A stretch of DNA of 64,000 bases from Mobula birostris (lineage: Eukaryota): the NCBI RefSeq assembly GCF_030028105.1, contig NC_092383.1:86943921-87007920 (forward strand), written 5' to 3'. Numbering within the stretch: position 1 is the stretch's first letter; every line of letters starts with the position of its first letter. Positions 46,940 to 59,520 of the stretch are shown here, piece after piece. The position numbers were made by a program, and so were the translations under genes. The notes beneath the pieces are model-generated. The model did not search any database, was not told the origin of the DNA, and saw only the letters and a program-made list of their open reading frames with translations.

Positions 46940-49900
46940 AAGTCATCGTGGCTATCCCTCGAGGTCGAGGATGATGGTCTTCATTCTGTTGATCTACTTA
47001 TGGGCTCTCAAGTGGCTTATGAGTCCAATCTTGGCTTTGAAAGTTCTTCCGCATTCAGGGCAGGTAGTTCCAGATGGCAGATCGGGCTTTGGTTGTTGCT
47101 GCCTCTCTTTCCGTTTTCTTCTCTTTTCTTCTAATTCTGCACATCTGTTGGCTTCGAAAGTTGCTGTTCCTTCTCGGATGATGGCTTGCCAAAGTTTCCT
47201 GTCCTTGGCATTGGTTTCCCAATTGTTGATGTCAATGTTACATTTCTTCATGTTGGCTTTTAAGACGTCTTTGAACCTCTTCTGTTGTCCGCCTCTTTTA
47301 CTTTTGCCTTCTTTAAGCTGGGAGCAGAAGATTTGTTTCGGCAGACGTTCGTCTTTCATCTGAACAACATAACCGCTCCATCTTAGTTGGTTCTTGATGA
47401 CGTAGGCTTCAATGCTTGTGCTTTTGCTTCATTTAGCACACTGATGTTGGTTCTTCTATCTTCCCAGCTGATATTTAAGATGTTTCGAAAACAACATTGA
47501 TGGAACTTTTCAAGTGCCTTCAGATGTCGTCGGTATGTTGTCCAGGTTTCTGATGCATACAGGAGCGTTGGGATTACCACTACTTTGTACAGTAACATTT
47601 TGGTGTCTGCTCGGATGTCACGATCATGAAAGACTCTTGTTCGGAGATGTCCAAAAGCTGTTCCGCCGCACTTAATACGATGTTGGATCTCGTCATTAGG
47701 GTCGACATTGGAGGAGAGGTGACTTCCAAGGTACGGAAAGTGGTCCACGGTTTCCAGGGTTGTTTCGCCAAATTGAATTGATGGTTCTATCCGATTTCTC
47801 TCAATTGGTGACGGTTGATAGATGATCTGAATCTTCTTGGAATTGATGGTAAGTTCAGGTTTCATGTATGCACGCACAGTTGAAGGCAGTCAGAATCTGT
47901 TGTAGGTGGTTTTCTGAAAGAGCTGCAACACTGTTGTCATCTGCGTATTAGAACTCAATGAGGGAACTCGTAGATGTCTTTGTTTTGGACTTGAGATAGG
48001 CAAGATTGAAAAGTCTGCCATCTGTTCTGTAGACGATTTCGATTCCTGGGGGTAGGTTGCCCTTGATAATGTGGATGATTGTCGCAATGAAGATGGTGAA
48101 CAAAGTTGGGGCAATCACGCATCCCTGTTTTACTCCTGATCTAACTTGAAAAGACTCACAGTTACTGTTGCTGACCATGACTGTGGCAAGCATGCCATCA
48201 TGGAGGAGTCTCAGGATTCAAATGTACTTTTCAGGGCATCCAAAGGTGGATAGGACATCCCATAGGAGTTCCCTTGATACCAAGTCAAAGGCTTTGGTGA
48301 GGTCATTGAATGCCAAGTACAAAGGTTGAAGTTGTTCATGACATTTTTCTTATAGTTGTCGCATTGTGAAGATCATGTCGATTGCTCCATGTGGTGGTCT
48401 AAAACCGGCTTGTGTCTCCGGAAGGATCTTCTCAGCTAAAGGCTTGAGCCAGTTGTTCATGATGCGGGTGAGGACCTGTCCTGCTGTTGCTAACAGGGAA
48501 ATTCCACGACAGTTTCTGCATTTGGATCGATCGCCTTTCCTTTTGTAGATGGTAACAATTACTGAGACTCTAAAGTCTGCTGGTACATATTCATTTATCC
48601 AGATCTTGATGAGAAGTTAATGCAGTTGATAATGAAGTGGGTTACCTCCAATTTTGTAGACCTTGGCTGGTATTCCATCGAGTCCAGCGACCTTGTTGAT
48701 TTTCAAGGTTTTGATGGCTTCCTTGACTTCTTCAAGTGTTGCTTTTTGCTTAGGGAGTCGACAACGGGCTGTTTTGGAATGTTGTTAATCACATTCCTGT
48801 CAAATGAGACGGTTTGATTTAGAAGATCTTCAAAGTTCTCCCTCCATCTAAAATTGATGTCAGCATTGCTCTTCAGGATGGTTGAACCAGCTTTGATTTT
48901 GAGAGGGGCTTGACCGTGAGTGGATGGGCCAAAAATAGCTTTAGTTGCGTTGAAAAAGCCTCGCTTGTCGTTGACGTCTGCTAGTTGTTGGATTTCCTGA
49001 GCTTTCTTCCTCCACCATTGGTTTTTCAGGTTTCAGGTGCTCTTCTGGACTGCAGCCTTGCATTCCTGATAGTGTTTCCTTTTGGTAGCCAATTGTTGGT
49101 CATTTTGTAAGGTAATGAAAGCTTTTCTCTTTTTGTCGATGAGTTGTTGGAGTAGTTTGTCATTATCATCGAACCAATCCTGATGTTTTTTCGTCTTGAA
49201 CCCAATTGTTTCTTTGCAGGAGGTGATGATAGCGTTCTTCAATTGATTCCAGTGTTCTTCTACAGATGGTGGGATTTGTTGAGGCAGTTGTTACTGAAGA
49301 TTTTGTTGGAACTTCTGTACATGGCTGATGTCTTGAAGGATGTCAATATTAAATTTCTTAAGTGTTCTGATTTTGGTGTTTCCTTTTGGGCTGAATCTAC
49401 ATTCCCATGATGGACGAGATGAGTCGAGGGTCTGTCCAGCACTCGTCAGCACCAGTAACAGCTCTTGTATTCAGTACATCTTATTGGTCCCGAGATCGTA
49501 CGATGATGTAGTCAATGAGGTGCTAGTGTTTGGGGCGTGGATGCTGCCAGGAGACTTTGTGCCTGTTTTTCTGGTGAAATAGGGTGTTTGTAATCACCAG
49601 GTTGTTTTCAGCACATTTGGTGAGGACGAGTGTTCCATTGGCGTTGACCTTGCCAACTCCTTCCTTGCTTATTATCCAGTCCAGAGCCTATGATCGTTCC
49701 CGACTCTGGCATTGCAGTCTCCCAAGAGAATGATCTTGTTTTTGTTGGGAACAGAGGAAAGGACGTGGTCAAGTTGGACGTAGAAGTTCATCTTTACTTC
49801 ATCTTCAGCGTCCAGAGTTGGAGTATAGGTGCTGATGATGGTGGCGTGTTGGTTCTCGACAAATTGGATCCGCAGAGTCATGAGACGTTCGTTGATTCCC

Positions 49901-50500
49901 AGTGGTTGCTGTGTCAGCTTCTGAAGTAGGCTGTTTCAGATGGCAAAACCTACTCCATGGATCCTCGGTTGTTCAGGATCAAGCCCTTTCTAGAAAAAGG
50001 TGTACTGACCTTGCTCTTCCTTCAGTTGTCCTTCTCCAGCTCTGTGGGTCTCACTCAGAGCAACAATGTCAAAGTTGAATTCTTGGAGTTCCCGGGCAAC
50101 AAAGGCAGTTCTCCTCTCTGGTTGGTCTGAGTCTGGGTTATCCATCAGAGTTCATATATTCCAGGTTCCAAATTTCATAGTTTCACTTCTTGATGTTTTT
50201 CGACCACATGATGGTGATCCCTCTGAACGCGGCTTTCCAGACAGGATGGGGTGAAGCAGACTATTTTTAGGGCACCTTTTCTAGCCCTTTCCCAGTTCAG
50301 GGTGAGCAGAGTGGATCCTAAATAGGGCTGCTCAGATGTGAATACTGCTGCTGAACAACTTTCCTGCTTCTGCCCAAAAGTTGAGCGACTGAATGAACTA
50401 TTCACCGCTTTCGTGCTGGTTCTTGACTAGGAGCCTCCAGCCATCACAGTGCCTGCTCCTGTCGCCCTCCCTTGATCACCGAAAGACTTGAAGAAGTGGC
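46940..50500 (-). mobile_element. RTE-clade LINE, near full length, degraded
   Basis: Endonuclease (ISTYTPTLDAEDEVK..ILLGDCNARVG), RT (GVKQGCVIAPTLFTIF..YRTDGRLFNL), C-terminal C2H2 (TCPECGRTFKAKIGLISHLRAH). Multiple stops and frameshifts. Confidence 0.92.
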
Positions 50501-50943
50501 CCACAGAGTGAAGATGCCTGTGTGTGTATTTGTTTAACGTGTACTTAATGTTGCACTCCAAGAAGCACACGATACTTCACAAATCAACCAACTGATACCA
50601 ATGGCATGGAAACCACAACGATTGGAGCTGATGGGTTTGTTGCAGCCTTCATCCGCCTTCACAGCTGTTGAGACTGAAGTAACTTCGTCCGCCTGTTCCA
50701 CCGTTGAGGTCTTGGTTGGATTGTTCTTTGTCAGGGACCTCACCCTCGACCTTACTGCCATGGGTGACCCTACCAGGAGCATAGCTCCAGATAGCATTGC
50801 TCTCGGGATCACAGGACCACACAAGCCTCTCCACCGTGACAAGGTGACAATCCATGGAGAAGGACAAAAAGATGGCACATCTGAAACATTTATTACTTCT
50901 ATAATTAATATAAGGCAAGGTGCTTCGATAGGAATAAACTAAC

Positions 50944-53858
50944 ATACAGAGAGGCTTTGAGGAAAGAGAAGCAGAATAAATGGTGTAAAGACAGTAAGGT
51001 AGAAGGGCTGAAATGTGTGTATCTCAATGCAAGAAGCATCAGGAACAAAGGTGATGAACTGAGAGCTTGGATACATACATGCAATTATGATGTAGTGGCC
51101 ATTACAGAGACTTGGCTAGCACCAGGGCAGGAATGGATTCTCAATATTCCTGGATTTCAGTGCTTTAAAAGGGATAGAGAGGGCGGAAAAAGGGAAGGAG
51201 GGGTGACATTACTGGTCAGAGATACTATTACAGCTACAGAAAGGGTGGGTAATGTAGCAGGATCCTCTTTTGAGTCAATATGGGTGGAAGTCAGGAACAG
51301 GAAGGGAGCAGTTACTCTATTGGGGGTATTCTATAGGCCCCTGGTAGCAGCAGAGATACAGCGGAGCAGATTGGGAGGCAGATTTTAGAAAGGTGCAAAA
51401 ATAACAGGGTTGTTATCATGGGTGATTTTAACTTCCCTAATATTGATTGGCACCTCATTAGTTCCAAGGGTTTAGATGGGGCAGAGTTTGTTAAGTGTGT
51501 CCAGGACTGATTCCTGTCACAGTATGTGGACAGGCCAACCAGGGGGAATGCCTACTAGATTTAGTACTAGGTAATGAACCGGGTCAGGTCACAGATCTCT
51601 CAGTGGGTGAGCATCTGGGGGACAGTGACCACCGCTCCCTGGCCTTTAGCATTATCATGGAAAAGGATAGAATCAGAAAGGACAGGAAAATGTTTAATTG
51701 GGGAAAGGCAAGTTATGAGGCTAGAAGGCTAGAACTTGCAGGTGTGAATTGGGATGATGTTTTTGAAGGGAAATGCACTATGGACATGTGGTTGATGTCT
51801 AGAGATCTCTTGCAGGATGTTAGGGATAAATTTGTCCCAGTGAGGAAGTCAAAGAATGGTAGGGTGAAGAAACCATGGGTGACAAGTGAGGTGGAAAATC
51901 TAGTCAGGTGGAAGAAGGCAGCAAACATGAGGTTTAGGAAGCAAGGATCAGATGGGTCTATTGACGTATATAGGGAAGCAAGAAAGGAGCTTAAGAAGGG
52001 GCTGAGAAGAGCAATAAGGGGGCATGAGAAGGCTTTTGCGAGTAGGGTAAAGGAAACCCCAAGGCATTCTTCAATTATGTGAAGAAAAAAAGGATGACAG
52101 GAGTGAAGGTAGGACCGGTTAGAGATAAAGGTGGGAAAATGTGCCTGGAGGCTGTGGAAGTGAGCGGGTCCTCAATGAATACTTCTCTTTGATATTCACC
52201 AATGAGAGGGAACTTGACGACGGTGAGGACAATATGAGTGAGGTCGATGTTCTGGAGTATGTTGATGTTAAGGGAGAGGAGGTATTGGAGTTGTTAAGAT
52301 AGATTAGGACAGATAAGTCCCCGGGGCCTGATGGAATATTCCCCAGGCTGCTCCACGAGGCGAGAGAAGAGATTGCTGAGCCTCTGGCTAGGATCTTTAT
52401 GTCCTCGTTGTCCACAGGAATGGTACCGGAGGATTGGAGCGAGGCGAATGTTGTCTCCTTGTTCAAAAAAGGTAGTAGGGATAGTCCGGGTAATTATAAA
52501 CCAGTGAGCCTTACGTCTGTGGTGGGAAAGCTGTTGGAAAAGATTCTTAGAGATAGGATCTATAGGCATTTAGAGAATCACGGTCTGATCAGGGACAGTC
52601 AGCATGGCTTTGTGAAGGTCAGATCATGTCTAACAAGCCTGATAGAGTTCTTTGAGGAGGTAACCAGGCATATAGATGAAGGTAGTGCAGTGGATATGAT
52701 CTATATGGATTTTAGTAAGGCATTTGACAAGGTTCCACACAGTAGGCTTATTCAGAAAGTTAGAAGGCATGGGATCCAGGGAAGTCTGGCCAGGTGGATT
52801 CAGAATTGGCTTGCCTGCAGAAGGCAGAGGGTGGTGGTGGAGGGAGTACATTCAGATTGGAGGATTGTGACTAGCGGTGTCCCACAAGGATCTGTTCTGG
52901 AACCTCTACTTTTCGTGATTTTTATTAACGACCTGGATGTGGGGGTAGAAAAGTGGGTTGGCAAGTTTGCAGACGACACAAAGGTTGGTGGTGTTGTAGA
53001 TAGTATAGAGGATTGTCGAAGATTGCAGAGAGACATTGATAGGATGCAGGAGTGGGCTGAGAAGTGGCAGAAGGAGTTCAACCCGGAGAAGTGTGAGGCG
53101 GTACACTTTGGAAGGACAAACTCCAAGGCAGAGTACAAAGTAAATGGCAGGATACTTGGTAGTGTGGAGGAGCAGAGGGATCTCAGGGTACAAGTCCACA
53201 GATCCCTGAAAGTTACCTCACAGGTGGATAGGGTAGTTAAGAAAGCTTATGGGGTGTTAGCTTTCATAAGTCGAGGGATAGAGTTTAAGAGTCGCGATGT
53301 AATGATGCAGCTCTATAAAACTCTGGTTAGGCCACACTTGGAGTACTTTGTCCAGTTCTGGTCACCTCACTATAGGAAGGATGTGGAAGCATTGGAAAGG
53401 GTACAAAGGAGATTTACCAGGATGCTGCCTGGTTTGGAGTGTATGCATTATGATCAAAGATTAAGGGAGCTAGGGCTTTACTCTTTGGAGAGAAGGAGGA
53501 TGAGAGGAGACATGATAGAGGTATACAAGATATTGAGAGGAATAGATAGAGTGGATAGCCAGTGTCTCTTCCCCAGGGCACCACTGCTGAATACAAGAGG
53601 ACATGGCTTTAAGGCAAGGGGTGGGAAGTTCAAGGGGGATATTAGAGGAAGGTTTTTTACTCAGAGAGTGGTTGGTGCGTGGAATGCACTGCCTGAGTCA
53701 GTGGTGGAGGCAGATGCATTGGTGAAGTTTAAGAGACTACTAGACAGGTATATGGAGGAATTTAAGGTGGGGGCTTATATGGGAGGCAGGGTTTGAGGGT
53801 CGGCACAACATTGTGGGCCGAAGGGCCTGTACTGTGCTGTACTATTCTATGTTCTATG
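50944..53858 (+). mobile_element. CR1 LINE, 5'-truncated, relatively young; RT/C-terminal ORF 52399-53796 (465 aa) open
   Basis: Endonuclease 50957-51388 (YLNARSIRNK..ITETWL), RT motifs QHGFVK, YMDFSKAFDKVPH, VPQGSVL, FADDTK, and 3' tail ctattctatgttctatgt. Confidence 0.95.
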
Positions 53859-56800
53859 TAACTAGTTAATAGGCTTCATCACTAAAACAATTACCTCATG
53901 TAAGTAATGACCTAAAATTTAGCCAATGAAAAGTGAGAAAGCTGATAAATTATCAGTTTAACTGCTATACCACTTTTTGCCAGTAAGTGGGGATAAACCA
54001 GCATGTACTGTGAAAAGTACATGAGTTTGTTAAAAAGTACAAACCTTATAAAAAGTATTATTTTAAAAAGGCAGTGGTTTCCAATACATCTGACCTCTCT
54101 CATTAACAAGGCATTTGCACGCACAGAACTGCCGCTCACTATATGCTTTTTGTTAATTGCTTATGTCACATTTTTTCTCAATTCCAGTCTTTCGTCTGAA
54201 CAACTGAACCTCTTGACCAGATCTGCATGCTTTTATACACTGATTTGCTGCCACATGCTTGGCTGATTAGGTATTCGAATTAACAAGCAGATGTACAGGT
54301 GTAGCTAATAAAGTGGTGACTGAGTGTAACTCTTCTGCCTTAATCTAGCCACATAATTACTTTGTCAAGCTGATTCTGAGATGCTTCTTCCACACACCCA
54401 GCTTTCCAGTTCTCCTTCATCAGCAAGTATAACCAAATGGCAGTAAGGGTCTAAGTCCAAATCATCTCTGTGTTATTGCCTGTTACACCGCTGGCGTTTG
54501 GGGCTGCAAAGAAGATTCTCCATTTCTGCTGGTGTTCAGGGCTCCCTTCATCATGTCATCAGTGTCCTTTCAGTTTTCACTATTGTTAATCATGCAAGTC
54601 GTGGGTTGAAGCTCAACAATAGCATCACACTCGGATGTAAAATGATTCCTTATTGCTGTTACCACAACAGTTTTATTTTACCTATCAGGGTTGTTAGTCC
54701 TGGGCTGAACTCCTGAACCTGGAGGACCAATGGACCACTCTTAATCTGGCCTCTAACCTTTGAACTGTGTGGCAAGGGTGTCCCTACCAAAAGCCAAATC
54801 ATAATGCCTTGAATCCAGCTAAATTAACTCTTTGGGTCATTGAGGCACACAAACCTTCAAACCACGACAAAGTTGTGATCCTCTTAGAGACTAGATCACA
54901 TCTTCGAATGTCAAAATGCTCTTGCCTCTTACTCTGACTTCTACAATATCCACTCTGACACCCCACTCCCACCACCCGCTCCTCAATCATAATATCCTTC
55001 AGGTATTTAAATACTAACAGAGTGATTATCATGTTCCGAGTATATAGAGCTTTACTAAGACTGCATCTGGACCATTTTGTATGGCTCTGTTTTTTTCCAC
55101 ATAAGGAAGGATATATTTACAATGGACTGAGTTACAGCAAAGTTTTCCCAGAAAGATTCTTGGGACTTTGAGTTTTTATATATTAAGAAAGATTGCTGTA
55201 TGAGGCTGACTGAAAATCTACTCTCTCAACTTCAGAGGCAATTTAAGCGAAACAAAGAATATAGAACATAGATCATATCAGGGTATAACACAGGGAAAGG
55301 CCCTTTGGCTCACCCTGTCTGTACTGACCATTATTCCAATCTAACTAATCCCATCTGCCTGCACATATTCCTACCTGTCCATGTGTCTGGTTAAATATCT
55401 TTTCAATGTTGCTATTGTATCTGCTTCCGCCACGTCCCTTGGTAGACTATTCCAGGCATCATTTATTGCCCCTACATAAAAAAATGACTGCCACATCTCT
55501 TTCAAGGATTTCTCCTGGTCACTACAAATGCATGTCTCTTAATATTTTATACTTTTACACAGGGAACTAAGACTATCTCCCCTGTCAATGTCTTTCATAA
55601 TTTTACACTCTTCTAATAGGTTGCCCCTCAGGCGCTGACACTCCAACTTTGCCCAAGCTCTCCATGTAGCATGCAACTCATTGATATCTATTACAAGCAA
55701 CAGAGGTCCGAACACTGAACCTTGCAGAGCTCCACTGCTTACAGGCCTCGAGTCAGATAATCACCCCTCCACCACTGACCTCAGTTGCTTATCAACATGC
55801 CAACTTAGTTTCTAACTGACAAACTCACTCTGGATCTGGTGTGACTTAACTTTGTGGACCAGCATCATATGAGGGACCATGTCAAATGCTTTACAAAAGA
55901 CCATGTCTAAAGCATCCACTGCACTCCACTCATTAATCATTTTCTTCACTGCCGTGTATTATTCTGGAGTAATGAAATTATATAGATAATTGATATTAAT
56001 TAAACATGGAAACCAAGCTTCCTGAAATACAATGTAATCCACTGATAGTCTAAGGGTTTTGAAACTAGTCACTGAGAGTGGGACGTTCTGATTTTATAAC
56101 AACACACACAAAATGCTAGAGGAACTCAGCAGATCAGGCAGCAGCCATGGAAATGAATGAACAGTCAGTGTTTGGGACCGAGACCCTTCATCTGGAGTGG
56201 AAAGGAAAGGGGAAGACGTCAGAATAAAAAGTGGAGCTGGGGGGAACGGAAAGAGGATAGCTTAAAGGTGACAGGTGAAAGCAGGTGGTTTGGAAAGTTA
56301 AAGGACAGGAGAAGAAGGAATCTGATAGGACAGAATCAGAATCAAGTTTATTATCACCGGCATGTGATGTAAAATTTGTTAACTTAGCAGCAGCAGTTCA
56401 ATGCAATACATAATCTAGCAGAGTGAAAAAATAATAAATAAGATAAAAATAATAATGATAATAATAAATAAACAAGTAAATCAATTACATATATTGAATA
56501 GATTTTAAAAATGTGCAAAAACAGAAATACTGTATATTAAAAAAAAGTGAGGTAGTGTCCAAAGAGTCCACTATAGGAGAAAGGGGGAGGAGCTGTGGGA
56601 GGTAATCAGCAGATGAGAAGAGATAAGAGGCCAGAGTGGGGAATAGAAGAAGAGGGGAGGGGGAGGGATTTTTTTTAACTGGAAGGCGATACCAATATTC
56701 ATGCCATCAGGTTGGAGGCTAACCAGACAGAATATAAGGTATTTCTCCTCCACCCTGAGGGTGGCCTCATCTGATTCTATACCATTCCAGGGTGAGACAA

Positions 56801-57389
56801 TACATGAATGGTGATGTTAACTTGTACTTAATGAAGCCTTCAGGATAAGATCAGGGGAGCCATTAAGTGGCCATCTCCTGTATTAACGCAGTGTTCAAAT
56901 TGTATACCTGCCGTTGTATAGTCAGGGGTCATTGCTCAACTCTGCAATAAAAGATTTAGATTTTGGGTGCCTGGTATTTATGCTCAGAAGCTCTTTGACC
57001 AGCCGCTAATCTATCAAAATTCAGATGTGCTGTTCATTTGGGATGTTCTCCCATTGTAAATATGCAATTCTGCAAATGTTGCCTGCCTATTTTCAAAAAT
57101 TAAAGTTAAAGGTTAGATAACAATAGCTATTAAAATGCAGTGAATCAGTGATTGTTGTCTTTTTGTTCACAAAGTATAAAACATCACTGTACTGTTCTGT
57201 GAGGAGAGAGCAGAAATAGATTCTCTAGATCCACTGTGTTGAATAAAGTTCTTCTGTATCTCACACTTTCGGTTTCCATATGGCTCAGTTCAGCACTCAC
57301 AACAATCTCGTAGAGTTACAGAGCAATACAGCATGGATTGTCCATGCTGATCATAGTGCCCACTATGGTCCGAGCTGGTCTGAGTTCAG

Positions 57390-57920
57390 GAAGGGGAAAT
57401 CGAGTGAACACACACCAGTCCACAACAAGGGATCAGCAGTGGAAAGACTGAGTAGTTTCAAGTTCCTCAGTGCCAACATTTCTGAAGATCTACCCTGGGC
57501 CCAACACATTGATGCAATTACAAAGGAAGCACGACAGCGGCTATACTTCATTAGAAATTCGAGGAGGCTTGGTCTGTCATCAATGACACTCAGATTTCTG
57601 CAGATGTACAGCGGAGACCATTCTAGCGAGTTGCACCACTGTCTGGTACGGAAGGATACACTGCTGTGGACATGAAAAAATAACTGCAGCAAGTTGTAAA
57701 CTCAACCAGCTCCATCATGGCCACTGATTCTTCCCAGCATTGAGGACACCTTCAAAAGTCGATGCCTCAGAAAGGCAGCATCCTTCATTGAAGTCCCCCA
57801 TTACCCAGGACATGAACTCTGCTCATTGTTACCATCACGGAGGAGGTACAGAAGCTGAAAACAAACACCCAGTGTTTCAGAAAAAAGATTCAACCCCTCC
57901 ACCAGCAGATTTCTGATTGG
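57390..57920 (+). mobile_element. Rex1/Babar LINE 3' fragment
   Basis: AVERLSSFKFLSANISEDLPWAQHIDAITKEARQRLYFIR. Confidence 0.82.
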
Positions 57921-58489
57921 ACAGTGAACCCATGATCACTACCTCATTACTTTTCCCTCTCTTTTTACATTCCCTATTTAATTTATATATACACATATAT
58001 TAATTTACATTTTTATTATTGTTTTTATTGTTATCAATGTACCTCTGATGCAAAGCAAATTTCACGACATAGGGCAGTGATATTAAACCTGATTCTGATT
58101 CTGATATCCTGCATTCAGCCCACATCTGTGAGCTCTGCCCCTCCATGTACCTATCCAAGTGTTTTTTAAATGGTGCTTTTGTACCTGCCTCAATCACTTC
58201 CTCTGGAAGACTCCACCGCTCAAACCTCTGCTGCCCTGCAGCTATACTCACTCATGGGTAAGGCTTGCGGAGTATCCGGAGCTGGGGTCCCTATTCCAGT
58301 CCTACGTTGATTCCAATGTTGATTAGCAACTCCTGTGACAACTCTGTTGTTCCTTTGGAATCATCAGTTGTGTAGAAAGTGGGAGCCTGCTATATGAGCG
58401 ACAGCTTGCTCTCCATATTGTACTAGCTTGTTAATCATGTAGGCAGCTGGGATGCAACATCCATGGTTGATCTCGACCAATGGAGGGCC

Positions 58490-59520
58490 TCTTATTATGT
58501 TTAAAAAATTTCTCAGCTCAACTGGTAAAACCCGAAGTACAGCCAAAGACAAGGACACTCACTTCTCAATTGCCCAGAGCTCTCAGACTAGTCTTCTGGT
58601 GTTTACTATTGTGACTTTCTGGAGATTTACATAAATATTGCTGTGTGGGCCTAATTGTTTAATACTATTGTGTTGCAACTTTGGGAGACACCAGTTGCAG
58701 ATATTACTGCTGGGGCAATGAATATCCCATTCCTGTTCCTTAATCTTTCAATTTCCTCTATTAATTCAATACATTTCTGTTTTTTTTCACTTATTTATTT
58801 CTGTATGATGTGGGTGCTTGGGATGGCTATATCTGTTAAGTAAGTTGTTCTTGCTTGTTTATACTGTAATATTACATTGGGTGGTTATTGTGAATGGTCC
58901 CATCTGTAATAATGGATTGGTTGTAATATAATTTGTTGAACTTTGACTCCAAAACTGGATAGGGCTCATAGTTATCAGAAGGTATGGTGGCTTTTATGAG
59001 TTTGTATTTTAAAGAAAGATTTTGGTGAATGATATTTGCCACTTGATTGTGCCCATGCACATCATCAGATTGAGTTAAACTGCTGCGGAGGCATTATTAT
59101 TATTTTTATTTTTTTTCTTAACTCATTTCTCAATTGCTCAGGACTTTTAGATTATTCTACTGGTGTTTAGTATTGTGGCTTTCTGAAAATTTGTATAGAC
59201 ATTTCTGAGTAGCCCTAATTATTTAATGCTATTGTGTAGTGCTTTTGGGATGATACCAATGTAGATATTACCCTGTTCATGTCCAAGGTCTTTCAATTTT
59301 CTCTTTTAATTCAGCATATTTCTAGTGTTTTTCACTTACTGATTTCTGTAAGTTGTGTGTGTTTGGAATGGCTATATCTATGAAGTTTTTTCTTGCTAGT
59401 TTATCCTGTATTATTATATTGAGATAGTTATTACGGATTCTCCAATCTGTAGTAACAAATCAGTCAAAATATAACTTGTTGGATTCTGACTCTGAAAGTG
59501 GATCAGGCCTGTATCTATGT
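58490..59520 (-). mobile_element. Two tandem 5'-truncated R4/Dong-clade (restriction-like endonuclease) retrotransposon 3' ends
   Basis: Copy 1 about 59090-58490: HGHNQVANIIHQNLSLKYKLI..IITDGTIHNN..DIAIPSTH. Copy 2 about 59520-59095: IDIAIPNTHNLQKSVSEKH*KYAELKEKIER. Both end in TAA repeats on the minus strand. Confidence 0.8.

Noticed and set aside
52399-53796. 465-aa open RT ORF as a host gene or active element
   Set aside because: It is ordinary CR1 ORF2. The upstream endonuclease part is frameshifted and the element is 5'-truncated, so it is not autonomous.
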